DNA of 64,000 nucleotides from Takakia lepidozioides (Eukaryota; Plantae; Bryophyta), in the NCBI GenBank assembly GCA_030704615.1, contig CM060732.1, forward strand, positions 11,408,001-11,472,000, in the 5' to 3' direction. The notes beneath the pieces were generated by a model, which ran no database searches, was not told the DNA's origin, and saw only the letters and a list, made by a program, of their open reading frames with translations. Each line of letters starts with the position of its first letter. Position 1 is the stretch's first letter. Positions 1 to 13,049 of the stretch are shown piece by piece. A program made the position numbers and the translations under genes.

Positions 1-309
1 TCCAAATGGTTGTTGTCCATGTTCACATGATCTGTCTTATCTCTGCTTAATAGCCCCAGTGCCAATGCTTTCGACCTTGCCCTTGTTGTAATTGTTTGCT
101 GTTAATTCTGTAGTCACTGTATCCACTCACACACTCCCCATAAGACTTACGTCACTAAAGTTCACATAGGCTATCAAGTAGATGAACCAAATGTACTTTG
201 AAACAACAACTACTCTATCCTAAAATGTATTAGCAAACCACAGTACACAGTGTGGGCAGGTTGAAGACAAACCATGTGATCAAGCTCTTTCTTTCAGTGT
301 GTGTGTTGA

Positions 310-500
310 GGAGCGTTTGGTACAACCTGGATGCATTCAAGGGACTTGGCATGGTTGGAGTTGTCAACTCGCACGACTGATGCATACTCCAAAGCAGGCC
401 TTATCACATTGTGAAGCATGGTCCTTTTGACGTAAGAAGGGAGGGAGAGTGTAGGAAGGGAGCACTGGCCCGCCCCTGTTTCCATTTGAGATCCCCACCT
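310..500 (-). mobile_element. Old LINE reverse-transcriptase 3' remnant downstream of fusion copy A
   Basis: Minus-strand translation [27 protein letters not shown] matches [27 protein letters not shown] of the LINE at about 23235. The same remnant lies downstream of copies B and C. Confidence 0.7.
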
Positions 501-608
501 CCCTCCCCATGGTCGTTGAATGCCACCAGAGTGCAAAGAGATCATTTTAGAGGTGATTACCCACTCAAGGCAGAGTTTTGAAAAACATTCTTGACTATAA
601 AAGCTCAA

Positions 609-3600
609 CTAACTCATAGGCAAGTGTGCCTTCAAAGTGGCTAACAGGGCTAACACCTGCTCTTGGTTCTTGCTCTCTGGTAGAACAATAGACAACACCT
701 CAAGAGTAAGCTGCTTCCTGTATTCTGGATACTCTGGGTGCATAACCTTTTTCCACGGGTCAGGATCCATGCGCTCCACCACATACCTAAGAAGCGCCAA
801 CAAGATGTACTCAAGTAATTTCTTTATCATTTCTATGACATCATGCAAAACACAAGACAGAATCACAAATGACGGAAAATAGAGTTGGGATGTACCTGGC
901 CTGAACCTTGAAGAGCTTGTGCTTGTTTGTGACATCAACAAGCTCCGCATCACATTGACCACGTCTATATGCAATTACTTCAAGTGTGTAATCTTCTGTC
1001 TCACAATATTTACCAATGACCTTAGAGTCATAGTAGCGGTTTCTGGTCAGAAAGAGCTCTGGATCTTTGTTTGTATCAACGATGATCTTCCCCAGTGCAT
1101 TATGTGCATGCACTTCTTCGCTCCCTTCACTCACAAGATGCTCTAAGAACTGAGTCAGCAATCCCAACTGGTTCCTGTCCAACCCATCAAACCGTTAGTT
1201 TGATTCATCCTGAGACAACAGACAGCTTCCACATGGAATTAAAAAGTCAGTAATGTGCCCTCTTTCCTTACATTTTCATCTTGTGCATAACCTGAGAATT
1301 GACTGTGACATAGACATCATGTGGGGAGAAAACAAACAGATTAATAATGACATAAAGATCGGGACAATTTATTACCTCTTCTCGCACTCGTCAACCAGTG
1401 CCTCCACTGGCAGTAGAGAGTGGACAGACAAGATAAAGTCCTTGATGAAATCCTCGGGGCGGCCATCATCCAGCAATTGCCCAACCACCAAAGGCGCATT
1501 TTTTGGGTTCAACTGCACAAGAAAGGATCATTAGAAACTTTATTTGCATGGACATAAAAGTGACTGTTTGACCTCCAGGGCAAGGATAAAGTATACATCC
1601 AGACATACTGCAAAAATTAATCTGGAGACAAAACTAGATTAAAAAGAACACAAATAAGAGGGGACGAAATATTCACTCAGGCCTAATGGAAAGTATATTC
1701 CAGCTCTGAGTCAAGACACACCAGTGTAGATCGACAAAATTAAAAGATTGAAGTATGATGAGCAGAGAACTGCAAGAGTGCAAAAGCAGAAATAGACCTG
1801 AAGGGCATGCATGTAAAGACCAGCTTTCCGACAGAGCTCAGCAATTTGAGGACGGTCATAATGGCTGAACATGCCAGTTGCCAAAATTGAATCCGCTATG
1901 CTGGGGGACGCGACCAGACTGATCTTCAAGACCTGCATGACCAACAACATTCATTTACACATGTCACCCCCATTATCCAGTGGATTAACATGACCTTGTC
2001 GATCATATCTACAGGTAAGTACTAAGTACGTGCAAGGTAGCTATGTAAAGTGGGGGGGGACTAGTAACAAGGTCATAGAAGGATAATCAAGATGCACACC
2101 ATAGCAAGGGGAAAGAACAGGAAACCAACAGACAAGTTACAGGAGGGCACAGACCATGCAAGTCCATCTGCACTGCACATTGTAAGAGTCAGAGCTGCTT
2201 CTACCTTAGTTTGAAGCATGGCATGCTTTGGAAGGTTAGGCTTCAAAACATCCAGAAGAAAAGCAATTGCCTCCCTGATCATGTTGCGCTGCAAGACACA
2301 AACTCATGATTAATAGGTTCCACTTTTAAGCCTCAAGTTCAGGTGAAGATTAGTGAATAGGATACACTTATGGTAGTCATCCATTGATTCATACCTCGAG
2401 GAACAACTCAGTTATGGTGACATATGCACACTAGGCAAATATGCTAAGAACGCAATCTACAAGAAACCATGGGCACTAAAACTGAGAAGAGACGTTGTAG
2501 GACACATATCACAGGGTCGGATTGCAAGATTGACCGCAGCAGGATAGCCTGTAGCATAAGGAAGATATTGCTCACCTAGAGCTCAGTGGAAGGTGTTGCG
2601 CATTAGTCATCACTATGCTGCAAAATCCAGATTACATCAGTGGGATACATGGACACATTAATGATAAGACAAGTGAGGGACAAATATGGCGAGGAGATAA
2701 AATATCCACTACTGACATGAGGACGTACCGGTGGCGTTTGGCAAATCTTCAACAGCATCAACAATTTGTCATATATGATATGTTCTCTGGAAGGAGGTCG
2801 CGTGATATCCAGATGATCCGACTCCTCCACTTTGTAGTTGTTACAGCCAGATAATCTTATGGCAGACTCATACGGCACAATCCAACCCTACGAGATAGAA
2901 AATTCATCTTTTCAACCACTGGAGTAGTAACACTTTCTTGAACCTCAAATAGTTGTTATATAAAGGAAGCCTTCAAGATATCTAAACCACTTGGACCATA
3001 GATGACACAATTCAGCTTCTGATTCATCTGCACAGCATCGTTGCTTGTGCGGGGAGGTTTACCATAGGTCTGTGTTCTCCACATGTGATGGAAAGTAAGC
3101 AATTCAACCTCGCAGAGGGGAAAAATTCTCCAGTCTTAGTTAAAGTTGAAGCAGCACGTACACCTAGCTAACCCTAAAATACTGCACTACTTGACACCTA
3201 GCATAAAATGCCTTGCATCATGTTCCTATCCAATTAGTAAATTTTATTAATACCAATACTCCGCAGCATTTCTTGGTTTGTCATTATGAAAAACTCCAGA
3301 GAACGTACCCAATTTTGTGTTGGTTTGCCCTCTCCAAAAGCCAAGACGTGGATTTGAAGTCTACAAATAACTCCCTCAAATTCTGTTGATAAACGCTCAA
3401 TCAGGTCGTGTTGTATATTTCTTGAGGGCTCCAATTTACCAAAACTTCCCAAGTTCATTGCGGAATGGGGAACAGCATAGTATGCAATGCCTCGGAGATT
3501 TGATAAGAACGCTTTTGCATTCTCAGCAGCCTCCTTGTCCAGTTCGTTCGCACATGGCATGGTTTCAGTCCTTGCAGTATGTACCACTAAGCTCTTCACA

Positions 3601-3669
3601 GCCAAACCTCCGTAGCCATGGCCAACAAGCACAATTGGTTTTTGCCATCCAAAACTGGAACAAGATGAA
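609..3669 (-). pseudogene. Copy A (5'-truncated) of the hydrolase-clathrin heavy chain chimeric gene
   Basis: Inferred exons: 3669-3309 ([11 protein letters not shown]), 2887-2729, [2548-2513], 2288-2205, 1932-1798, 1512-1376, 1174-896, 786-609. Homology to B/C stops near 3790, so the LRR exon and first hydrolase exon are absent. The acceptor and most of the GDVNFAL exon are deleted near 2430. A 1-bp deletion changes the C-terminus to LPMS*. Confidence 0.8.
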
Positions 3670-3789
3670 CTGCACATGAACAGGATCAAGTAATATCAGA
3701 TTTTGAGCTTGGACGCCAAAATGTGCATGACATTTCCAGATTCTGTTGTGAACAGCTAACCCTCACCATTTCCTTTCAACATCGAGGTG

Positions 3790-4616
3790 GTCGGTTATGG
3801 GTATTGCGGTATTGCAGGGGTATTGCCTTGGCAATACCAGCCGGTCCGGTTATCAACCATAGTATTGGAATTGCCAATACCAGCCGATTCGGACTAGATA
3901 GTGGCTGCGAGGAGCCTTGCTATTGTTAATAGTAGGGGCTCCGTATATACCGAGCTACGGCAGCAGCGAGGTATATCCAGAGCCCCTACTATTAACGGTG
4001 GTAGGGTGACATGCAGGCACTATCTAACGTAGCAGTACAGGGCAGCTTGCAAGCCGCTTCCGACCTACCCTTTTTCAACTACCTGATAAACTTTTAGGGT
4101 TTCTTACCATTCATTTGCACTAGTTTTGTGTTTCGCTTGTCTATTTGTGGCTGTACACATATGCGATGGATTCATGCAAGGTATCTCGTTTTAATACCAC
4201 CTAGAAGGTTGGTATAAGTAATAGTAGGTAGGTCGTAAATCATAATCGGATTGGTCCTATATCGATTGCCTGTAGTCGACATTGCAAATGTATTACGCTG
4301 AGGTTGTACTCAAAAGACAAATGGATTGGAGCGAAAGAAGAACATTTTGTGAAATAACCGGTGGTCGCTGCGGGGTCTATTGGAGGTGGCCAGGTTGGTG
4401 GAGGCCTGTAGTAGGGCTCCATATGCATACGGAGCCACGCTACCATGTCATAGCCGTCCTCCTCAGGGCCAATCAGATGGTGGCTATGCGGCAAGCAAGC
4501 AGCTCACGAATGCTACGATTATTAACCATAGTATTACAACAGCCAATACCAGCTGTGTCGGTTATTCAATACCTTGGTTGATACCCAACCAGACCCTATA
4601 TACCAGTCCAACACTC
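3790..4616. mobile_element. Probable non-autonomous DNA-transposon fragment at the 5' breakpoint of copy A
   Basis: Repeated motifs ggtattg/caatacc and aaccatagtatt...gccaataccagc occur near both ends (about 3800-3885 and 4520-4600), with internal palindromes. It starts where homology to copies B/C ends. Confidence 0.4.
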
Positions 4617-4654
4617 GTCCGAATGGGTGCGGAGTGTTAATAAGTGAACGTGTA

Positions 4655-5677
4655 GGGAATTCCAAAAAGGCCTTGATGTGAAATGCATCGCAATTCACTT
4701 GATCACCCCCCTAAAAGTGCGCAATTCACTTGAACTACTAAAACTAGCTTGAAAACAACCCTAATTTGCAATTCAATTGAATTGTCGGCACACGATTCAA
4801 TTGAATTGTAATATGTAATTTTTAATTTATTTCTGTATATAATATATAATATATATATGTATATATATATTCAAATTATACTTATACACATCTAAGAGTA
4901 TAAGCTAAAAATATATGTTGCCCGTCTATTCTTGCTGGCCCTCTTTCTTGTGCCCTTGAGGAAATTGTGGAGTTGTGAAGCCACCCTCAGCCTCAGCGAG
5001 AAAGGGAGAGCCAGAGACGGAGAGAGATCAGCAGCTTCCTGTGATTCATTGGCAAAAAGAAACATGGCTGGCTCCGAAAGAAATAGACAAAATCAAACTT
5101 GACAATTGATGAAAGGCTTCCGTTGCATCATCTTGAGAATTATCAAAAATAATATTGTTTGGATACCCTTATGTAAGGTATCATGTTGAAGTTGGGATAT
5201 GTGTTCCATATAAGTTTAATATATCAAACTCTCACACGTTGATACTCTTACATTGGTATCATGTTTGGTATATGTACATAGCCATATATTGGCACCAACA
5301 TCCACAAAGAGAGACAATCCCTCTTTTACAAGTGCTTCCTAACTTCCTCTCTCTCTCTCCCTAGGCTTATCTCGGGCTCAAGCCTTACCACAGGCACAGG
5401 ATTGACACACGGACAGCAAGAATAGACGGGCAATATGTATTTTTAGCTTATACTTTTGTATGCATATATGTATAATTTTAATATGTACATATATATATAA
5501 TATATACAGAAATAAGTTAAAAATTATAGATTACAATTCAATTGAATTGCCAACTAGCAATTCAATTAAATTGCTGTTTTCAAGCTAGTTTTAGCAGTTG
5601 AATTGAATTGCGCACTTTTAGGGGGGTGATCAAGTGAATTGCGATGCATTTCACATCAAGGCCTTTTTGGAATTCCC
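4655..5677. mobile_element. Foldback/MITE with long TIRs (MULE-like)
   Basis: Perfect terminal inverted repeat gggaattccaaaaaggccttgatgtgaaatgcatcgcaattcacttgatcacccccctaaaagtgcgcaattca, continuing imperfectly for about 280 bp (ttgcccgtctattcttgctg vs cagcaagaatagacgggcaa). Flanks tgaacgtgta / taagcgtgta match 8 of 10, like a decayed 10-bp TSD. No coding capacity. Confidence 0.85.
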
Positions 5678-5890
5678 TAAGCGTGTACATTTACCACCTG
5701 GTGTGAACGGGTATTGGGTTGAGTAGTAGAGGGTTGGGTAATATTTTTGACCCAGGGCTAGAGGGAGGGGTAAAGGTGACAACGGTAAACCATATTACCC
5801 CTGGTGCGAATGAAAAGCGATATCCATGGGATGCCACAGAAGACCCGCTCGCCTTCAAGGTCCAGCTCACTTCACTTGAGAGCAGAAGCC

Positions 5891-7495
5891 ATGGCGGAAA
5901 ATGCCCTGACTTTATGCAAAGAGACTATCGATTTGGTCCAGTGCCTCACGTCCACCAGCCAAGATTTGCAGATCAACAAGCAACAGTGTAAGCTTCTGGC
6001 AAAGAAACTCTCAGGAATCCAAGTGACACTGGACAAGATCCGAGAAATCTCATCTGAAGATGGAAGTGCCAATCGTTTTCATGCTGCAGATAATTGGAAG
6101 CAGGCCATCGAGGAGCTTTGTCGCGTACTGAATGAGGCCAAGGTTCTGATCAAGGACTGTTGCTGCAAGGATCAGTGGCTGAATGCAGCGATCAGGCATG
6201 GCGATAAGAAGGAAGATTTTGCGGGATTCCTCTACGACGTGGATTGGCACACTTGGGTTCTGTGCGACATTTTCTCCCTGGGGATCAGTCAAGCGACGCT
6301 CTACCTTTACGCAGAAGCTTGCGACGGTAAACTTAGCATCACAGACTCCGACGCTCTGGAGGCGGCGGCAAAGGAGGACCTAGACAGCCTCGAGACTTCC
6401 TTGAAGGTCCTCACGGACCATCATGTTTGTGTGGAGAGCTGCAAGCAAGGGTATCAAACTGAGCAATGTCTTGCAGCGCAGCTGTTGAGGAGATTGCAAT
6501 CCCCGGCCTCGGCCTCGCCAGTCACCCCAGATGTCGTCCGGAAATCGCCACTTATTTTGTGGGCGAATGCTGGAGAACTTGTTGACGGAAGGATGTTAGG
6601 GAACGGTGGCTTTGGGATGGTCTATGAAGTTACGTGGCAAGGCGAAAAGTACGCAAGGAAGGTATTCTTTGGAACGAAGACCTCTGGAGGTGCGGGGTTG
6701 GGACGAAAGTCCACAAAGAAGAAATCCTCCTCGGCAAGGGGGAACTCATTCTTCGAGGAAGAGGTGGCTGCTCTAGCGGGACTCAATCATCCCCACATCA
6801 TGCGGCTAGTTTTCTGCTCTCAGAGCAAGGAGGACAGCCTTCTGATGGAATTGATGACCACTGACCTCTATGACCTCTTAGAAGGCAGACCCACTCCATT
6901 TTCGAATCTTCGAGCCGTTGACCTCATGCTGCAAATCGCCGAGGGGATGAAATATTTGCATGCCCAACAAAGAGTTCACCGTGATCTTAAGTCTCTGAAC
7001 ATTCTGGTCAGATTCGCAGATCTTCCACCTTCCCTAGGAGAAGACGCACGCGTGTATGCAAAGGTGGGTGATTTGGGCGCATCAAAGATCAAGAATAACA
7101 GTACTAGGTACACAAATCAGACTCTCGAGATTGGTTCCAGATTGTGGAAGGCGCCGGAGGTTTTCAGTTTGGAGGATGAAGAAGAGCGTCCTAGCAGGTC
7201 TCACCCTTGGACAGCAGATGTTTACAGTTTTGGGATTGTCTGCGCTGAGATACTGACAGGAGAGGAGCCATTTGGGCAGGATTTAACCGGGCTTCGGAAG
7301 AGGGTGAAGGGGGGTGAGAGGCCATGGCTGCCGGTTAGTTGTCCAGCCAGGTTGGCTTTCTTGATTGGAAAATGTTGGAGTGGTCACCCTCTCGAGAGAC
7401 CTAATTTCTCACAGATTTGCAGAGAGCTGAGATACATCAAAGGGCTCCTTCTGAAAGGTTCGGATTGGCTCTTGGATTTTCGAAGAATGCGGTAA
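5891..7495 (+). CDS. Protein kinase with MLKL-type N-terminal four-helix-bundle domain
   Basis: Likely start MAENAL at 5891. Helical N-terminus INKQQCKLLAKKL...AIEELCRVLNEAKVLIKDC...WLNAAI. Kinase motifs GNGGFG, YARK, HPHI, HRDLKSLNIL, DLG, WKAPE, DVYSFG, CW..RP.F. An alternative spliced end is possible (intron 7458-7534, last exon DVDLGP* to 7554). Confidence 0.88.
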   Translation: MAENALTLCKETIDLVQCLTSTSQDLQINKQQCKLLAKKLSGIQVTLDKIREISSEDGSANRFHAADNWKQAIEELCRVLNEAKVLIKDCCCKDQWLNAAIRHGDKKEDFAGFLYDVDWHTWVLCDIFSLGISQATLYLYAEACDGKLSITDSDALEAAAKEDLDSLETSLKVLTDHHVCVESCKQGYQTEQCLAAQLLRRLQSPASASPVTPDVVRKSPLILWANAGELVDGRMLGNGGFGMVYEVTWQGEKYARKVFFGTKTSGGAGLGRKSTKKKSSSARGNSFFEEEVAALAGLNHPHIMRLVFCSQSKEDSLLMELMTTDLYDLLEGRPTPFSNLRAVDLMLQIAEGMKYLHAQQRVHRDLKSLNILVRFADLPPSLGEDARVYAKVGDLGASKIKNNSTRYTNQTLEIGSRLWKAPEVFSLEDEEERPSRSHPWTADVYSFGIVCAEILTGEEPFGQDLTGLRKRVKGGERPWLPVSCPARLAFLIGKCWSGHPLERPNFSQICRELRYIKGLLLKGSDWLLDFRRMR

Positions 7496-10400
7496 TTCTG
7501 GTCTGTTTGTATCCTTCGGTAGGCATTTGTGCAGATGTAGACCTGGGGCCTTGATGTGGAGTCGAGCATTTGCCCGATCCCGCAGTCCACAGGGCACTTG
7601 AAGTGAGTTACCAAGAAGACCAGATTCGGCTTGAGGAATGTAAGCCTTTACAAATGTCATCTGGGAAAAGTCAGGGTACAGTGGGGTGTAGTAGTTCCTC
7701 TGGATGGTGACCGTTGTTTGTCGTATAATCTCGATATGTGGATTCTATTAAGTAGGATTTGGAGCAGTACTTCCGCCATGTGTCGGTCTTGGAAGGATGA
7801 CTGGTCCAGGTCGTCCGTAGTGGACAGGACCTCTCGGTTGTGTCGGGCCAAAGTGGGCGTGGTTGGGAGCTGTTAAGAGTCCTCGGTAGAGGTACTTAGC
7901 GCACCCCTGCCCGTTGAATGATGCCACCATTATCATTGCTCATACTTGTCTTCCGACCACCCTTCTAGGGTGAGGATGCTTTTGGTGGATGTTTCGGTGG
8001 GGGGCCCTCGCTTGTTGCAATCTCCTGTAAAAGAAGAGAAAAAGAATGCTAACAGGCCTTGCAATGTGAGGACCCTGAAGACTGGAGGTGACCAACTACC
8101 ACTGGCTTGTTTAATAATCATCTTTAGAAAGGCCAGTCCACGGCTCTCAAAGTTATTTGCTTTTTCAGTCTGAAATTGAGCGTTCCATAGCACCCATGTG
8201 AATTGTACCGCTTGGCTTAAGCAAAGTGTGTCAATATGGTTTTATATTGTGGCATGTTATGCTATAGCTTATTCACAGATGAATTTTAATTTCATGATAT
8301 TGTGTCAGTTCGAGTCAAGTCATTCTGAATGTAGTACATGATAGGGAGCGGGAAAAAAGACATTCCATCGGAGGGCCAAACATTTCCTTAGCATGTTGAC
8401 GTGGTAGAAGAATGATCTTTCTGTACACGTGTTGCTTATCCCACATTTTATGGTAATTACAGTGTGGTGAAAACATGGTGTTGACTTCCAATTAGTGTTG
8501 ATGTAAAAGTGTCATGTTCAAATATGACCACGTTGTGGATACATAGCAATTGTTGTTGTGCATGGGGTGCACGGACCTGTGCATGATAAGGGAAGAGGAT
8601 CTTACTTGATGACTGAAGATGTCCATTAATTTGTTTCAGTTTATAGGGGAGTGCCAGTGCACGTTGCAAACTGATCCTCAACTGATATGAAATCTGGTCG
8701 AATGTGAAACAAAGGCTTACTTGGTGACTGAAATTGTACATTATAATGTAGTTCTTGGTTGTTCCGAGAGACGAGGAGAGCGGTGTGTGATGTGGTCCAC
8801 AACGAGAATACACAATTACCCTTTCAACTCGAAGTCTTCAGAAGGGGGGTTGGTATCCAATGAGCACAGCATGAGCAGAAAAGGCATGTGCAGGAAAAAA
8901 TACAAGCATAAGCACGATCCACACTTATAAGGATAATATGTTTGTAAATGAAAATACAAATCATAGGCAAACATAGGTATTGCTACGTTAATAGGGTCCA
9001 TGACATGGTCTATGAGTATATTAGCTAAAACCCTCTGTATAACACAAATATTTAATAGTTTATTATAATATTATACACAGATCTATGTCCGCTAGTGGAA
9101 CTAGTTCAAAATTTCTGCTCATAAAATCAAGCCACATAGATACTGGGACCGGGCAGCAACCGGCTCCGGAGCTTGTAAAGTGGGGCCGGTGCTACAAGTT
9201 GTATAATAATCGTATGGCATTCCAGTCTTTGATTATGGGGGAATGCAGCCGCCCAATTTGAAGAATTTTTTTAGCTTCGATATCCTTCTCACTTTCCCAA
9301 ATGCTTACATTTACGGCTGCAATTACTTAGAGCATTTTGTTGTAGGGGAGCTCTAGCTCCACATGAAAGTCAAAAGCTGGCTTTGAGAAGACAATGTTGA
9401 GTCTCGTTTAGGCACTCGAAGGCAGTGTGAATGTGAACCAACTTGTATTTGGCAGAACAGTGGAGAGTTGTCTGCACATGCCACTGCGGAATGCAGGGGG
9501 CCAGCCAGCACCCCAGGGCTTTGAGATCTAGCCCTCTGTTGAGACGCCAATAACTTGTCATATTTGTGGTAGCAGTCAACACTACTGTCACCACTAGGGT
9601 AGAGAGCCCAACTACCTGCATGTTATTGAATCGTGCAACCAAAGACCCCGCACCTCAAAACCATTTCTTATGCAAACATGACCAGCTTCTTACGCGGAGT
9701 AGGCCCTATGGATACGCTTGATCCACGTATGCTCACTCAAGAAATTTCACAGACCCTGTGACATATCAATGCCTCCATAATCTTTCATTGGCTATTACAA
9801 ATGTACATGGATCACAATCCCCAACCGAAGATTTTGGTATTCATTATACCTAGACCAAATGTTGCCCACATGGTAAATGATTTCTCCAGACCTGTATGTT
9901 TACATCTTAGTTTTCAGGTGACGGTGCACACAATTATGTAGTTCGTTGAAGTACTCCAGTGTTGTTGCTTTGCACTGTTCACTAGCAAAAAAGTGAACGA
10001 CGAGGACTATATTCCTGTAGATCCGGTCTTGTGTGGGGAGATTTGAGCTTCTGCTGCTAGTGGATCAGTTAAGCTACACTCTCCTGCGAGGACCCTACAA
10101 TTGCGTTATGCTCTTGCACTTACATATTCAAGGCACCTCACATGTTGCTGGCCAACATTGCAGCGTACACATGTGCATTATGAAGTCATGATTCCAGTCA
10201 GTTCCAACTTCTCGAGTCGAAATTGGGTGCGAACTTAAATTCGAGCGAACTGGACTGAATGATTCTGCCCGATTCACCTCTCCTATATCCACAATTTGCA
10301 TGTGTGGTTTTATTCCTCATTCATGGGCGATGTTTGTTACCACACAGGTCTAGCTTGCTGATGAGTCGCATACATGAACCTTAGCGAGATCAGAATTGCA

Positions 10401-10575
10401 AGATCCTCTAGAGCTGCATGGGAGTGAATGTACTATGTGGCTCCAGTACATTGAGGTTTCAGACGAAGGATTCTTAATACTAGAATAGACATGATCTATG
10501 TGACATAAAGGGGGCAGTAGTCGTGAGACAAAGTGCCTCTTAGTTACGCCAGCTTCGGCCGGAGTCATTCCCTTG

Positions 10576-10609
10576 TCTCTCTCTGTCTCTCTCTGTCTCT
10601 CTCTCTCTC
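10576..10609. repeat. CT-rich microsatellite
   Basis: Interrupted (tc)n run. Confidence 0.8.
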
Positions 10610-13049
10610 CCTCTTTGTTGTTTAGGGTTTCAGTTGAGAGCTCTTCAAACCTTGAAGAGCTCTTTTCTGTTTATACTTTGATGTATTGCTATGCAAGGAC
10701 ATTCACAAAGTATATCCTTGGTGAGCTGTCCTAGTTTGTTTTTCTTTAAGAAAAGAACAATGTATCTGCTTTATCTCTTTGAAAATAAGGATTGCAAATA
10801 CGTTGACAACCTGAATGAAACCCTTTCATTCAGGTGACCATTTATGATGTCCTCATTGTCTAACTACCCCGTTTGTGCAATGAGGTATTTCCAAACAGGT
10901 GACATTCTAAAGGTTAGCCTCAAACACCATAGACGGCTCTTTATAACTGTCCATCGAGTTGGCAGCTCCTCCACTAGGTGATGCTAATCTCATCATAATG
11001 GCAAAGTGGCTGCCCCACTTTTGCAATTATATGTGCCTTCCCACTTGGCCCTTCCTAAGTGACACCTACATGTCAAACAAGAGGGATATGCTACTCCTTC
11101 CCTCTAGACTGAAGATGGCTTCAGTCTCAGCCATGTTCCTCTGGTTCTAGCCTGGTGACTGTGCTGCAAGTAAGGAGGTTGTTCTTCTGACATCATGACA
11201 CACTTCAAGGTTCCCCTCTATTTTCCAGTTTAGTTTGTGGTGAAATGCATTGCCTCAACAATTTCTTTCATCTTTTCAAGAACATAGTTTGAAGGTTATG
11301 ACTGTTTATATGTGTGGGAAGCTCAGTGTTAGCTTCCTAATTTCTCTCATTAAATGGCTATCACATTCTCTTCTAAACCTATAGATGAACTGTCTTAAGA
11401 GTGGACATCGATAACAAGTGGGTTGGGCTTAGAAAGCCTGGTATTCCACAATAGTGATTAACCTGTTGGTTGTGTGGGTGCTTGTGATGGGACCAAGTGA
11501 GGTTCCAGCCCTTACTTTTAGGCTTGTTTCTTTTACATGGAACTTGCGGAAGAGACAACATGAAGGCTAAGTTTTTTCCTTTTTGTTTTGTTTCCTAGTA
11601 TTCTTCTTTGTTGGCTGCCTTTTGAAGGTATTAGAGTGTGTAGAAGACCTCCCTCCCAAAATCACCCCTCATTGGCTGATTTGTGGTGGTTTTCTTCTTG
11701 GTACATCTAGTATGTGCTTAAGAAGATACAAGAAATGTCTTCTTGATCATTCGACTCTAGTCCTGTTTTTTACTATTGTGTCTACTTCTGCATAGGTTGA
11801 GCCTAAGGCTTTAGGCTACCCATTGTTCTTTTCCTTAAGCTTGAGACTTACTCCTGAGGTGAGAAATACCCATCCTCCCACCTACTTTGAGTCTGGACTT
11901 TTGAGTTGGAATCTGTGACATAACAAATTCTAGTCGAATAATTTGAGCATGGCTTCTAATACTTGCAGTAAAAGAATAATCGTAGACACCACTACACTAG
12001 GCATAACAATTCCATACGCAGCTCGTAGTACTATGAGAGTATTGGGCCTAGAGCAGGAGTACAAAGAATTGGTGAAGAACCTATCAATACGGGCAATTGT
12101 GCACAGACAGGGAAAGCTTGTAGAAAACGTGTTGCAACCAAGAACACATCAGCTACGGGTCTTTGGACAGCGGAGTGTATGCAGGTTGCCATAGTACTTA
12201 TTCGTGAACCAAAGATTGGTAACAAGCAACGTGTAATGGTTGCAATGCATGAGAGGTATGCGGGGGTATCACTGCAATAAGATCAAGACCCATAGCAACA
12301 GCTTCTGTGATTGCATCTAGACTGACCCATGACGTCAAGGAACAAAAGACGGCCGCGATTATCAAGACTTACACCTCTTGGAACAAATCGTTTGAAATGT
12401 GCAACCGCCGAGAGAAAAGCAACCGTCATCCATGTTTTTTTCGCGTCGTCATGCCTACATTCAACTCACAAAATGCACCATAGTCTTCCATGAAACATTC
12501 TCCTTTGAAAATATAGTTCAGTTTGGAATATGAGTGCCGATTGCACTCACACATGCTAAGCACGTTAACCAATCACGGTTCTTTGGAAGTGTAGTATAGA
12601 GTACTCATGAGATCCTCGCAATGCTAAAACTTTTATCTCGCTTGTCTTCCTTGCCATGCACCTAGTCTCATCACAATTGTGATATGTTGAGGTGGATATG
12701 CGTGCTCTGTATATGTACTTGCCAGCAATTTGTAAAAGTTATTGATTTTTGCTCTCACGACATTTGTAGATCGACTTCTCTCCAAACCTTGGCCTGCTCA
12801 AAAAACAACTTGTGGATGTCTTTTGTGGAAGTCCCTCCACCAATGTTTACCCGCGCAACCATTTAGGAATGGAATTCCTCTTATTCGAGCAGTTCCTACA
12901 ACCTTTGATCAAGCTTTGATCACAATATATCAAATGTAATACATTGACCGAGCCTCTGCATCTAAGAACCCATGAAACTAGCTGTGCATTTTCATCTCTC
13001 ACACCCAATTGAGGATTAGCTCATTTTTTCTTGCTACTAGTTTTTTTTA

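Noticed and set aside
609-2294. A bona fide clathrin heavy chain gene (also at 26300-28270 and 61180-63157)
   Set aside because: Only about 300 aa of the middle are present, with an internal deletion, an early stop and many substitutions. No CHC gene symbol assigned.
5804-5890. Longer kinase N-terminus from the ORF track
   Set aside because: It starts at a non-ATG codon and the extension is low-complexity. GCCATGG at 5891 has strong context and begins the helical domain.
7600-10300. Possible decayed LINE tail or Ulp1-like protease traces
   Set aside because: Only faint motif resemblance with many stops; not supportable.
10499-11925. Possible solo LTR (tgtgacataa near both ends, CT repeat)
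   Set aside because: No matching TSD, PBS or PPT found.
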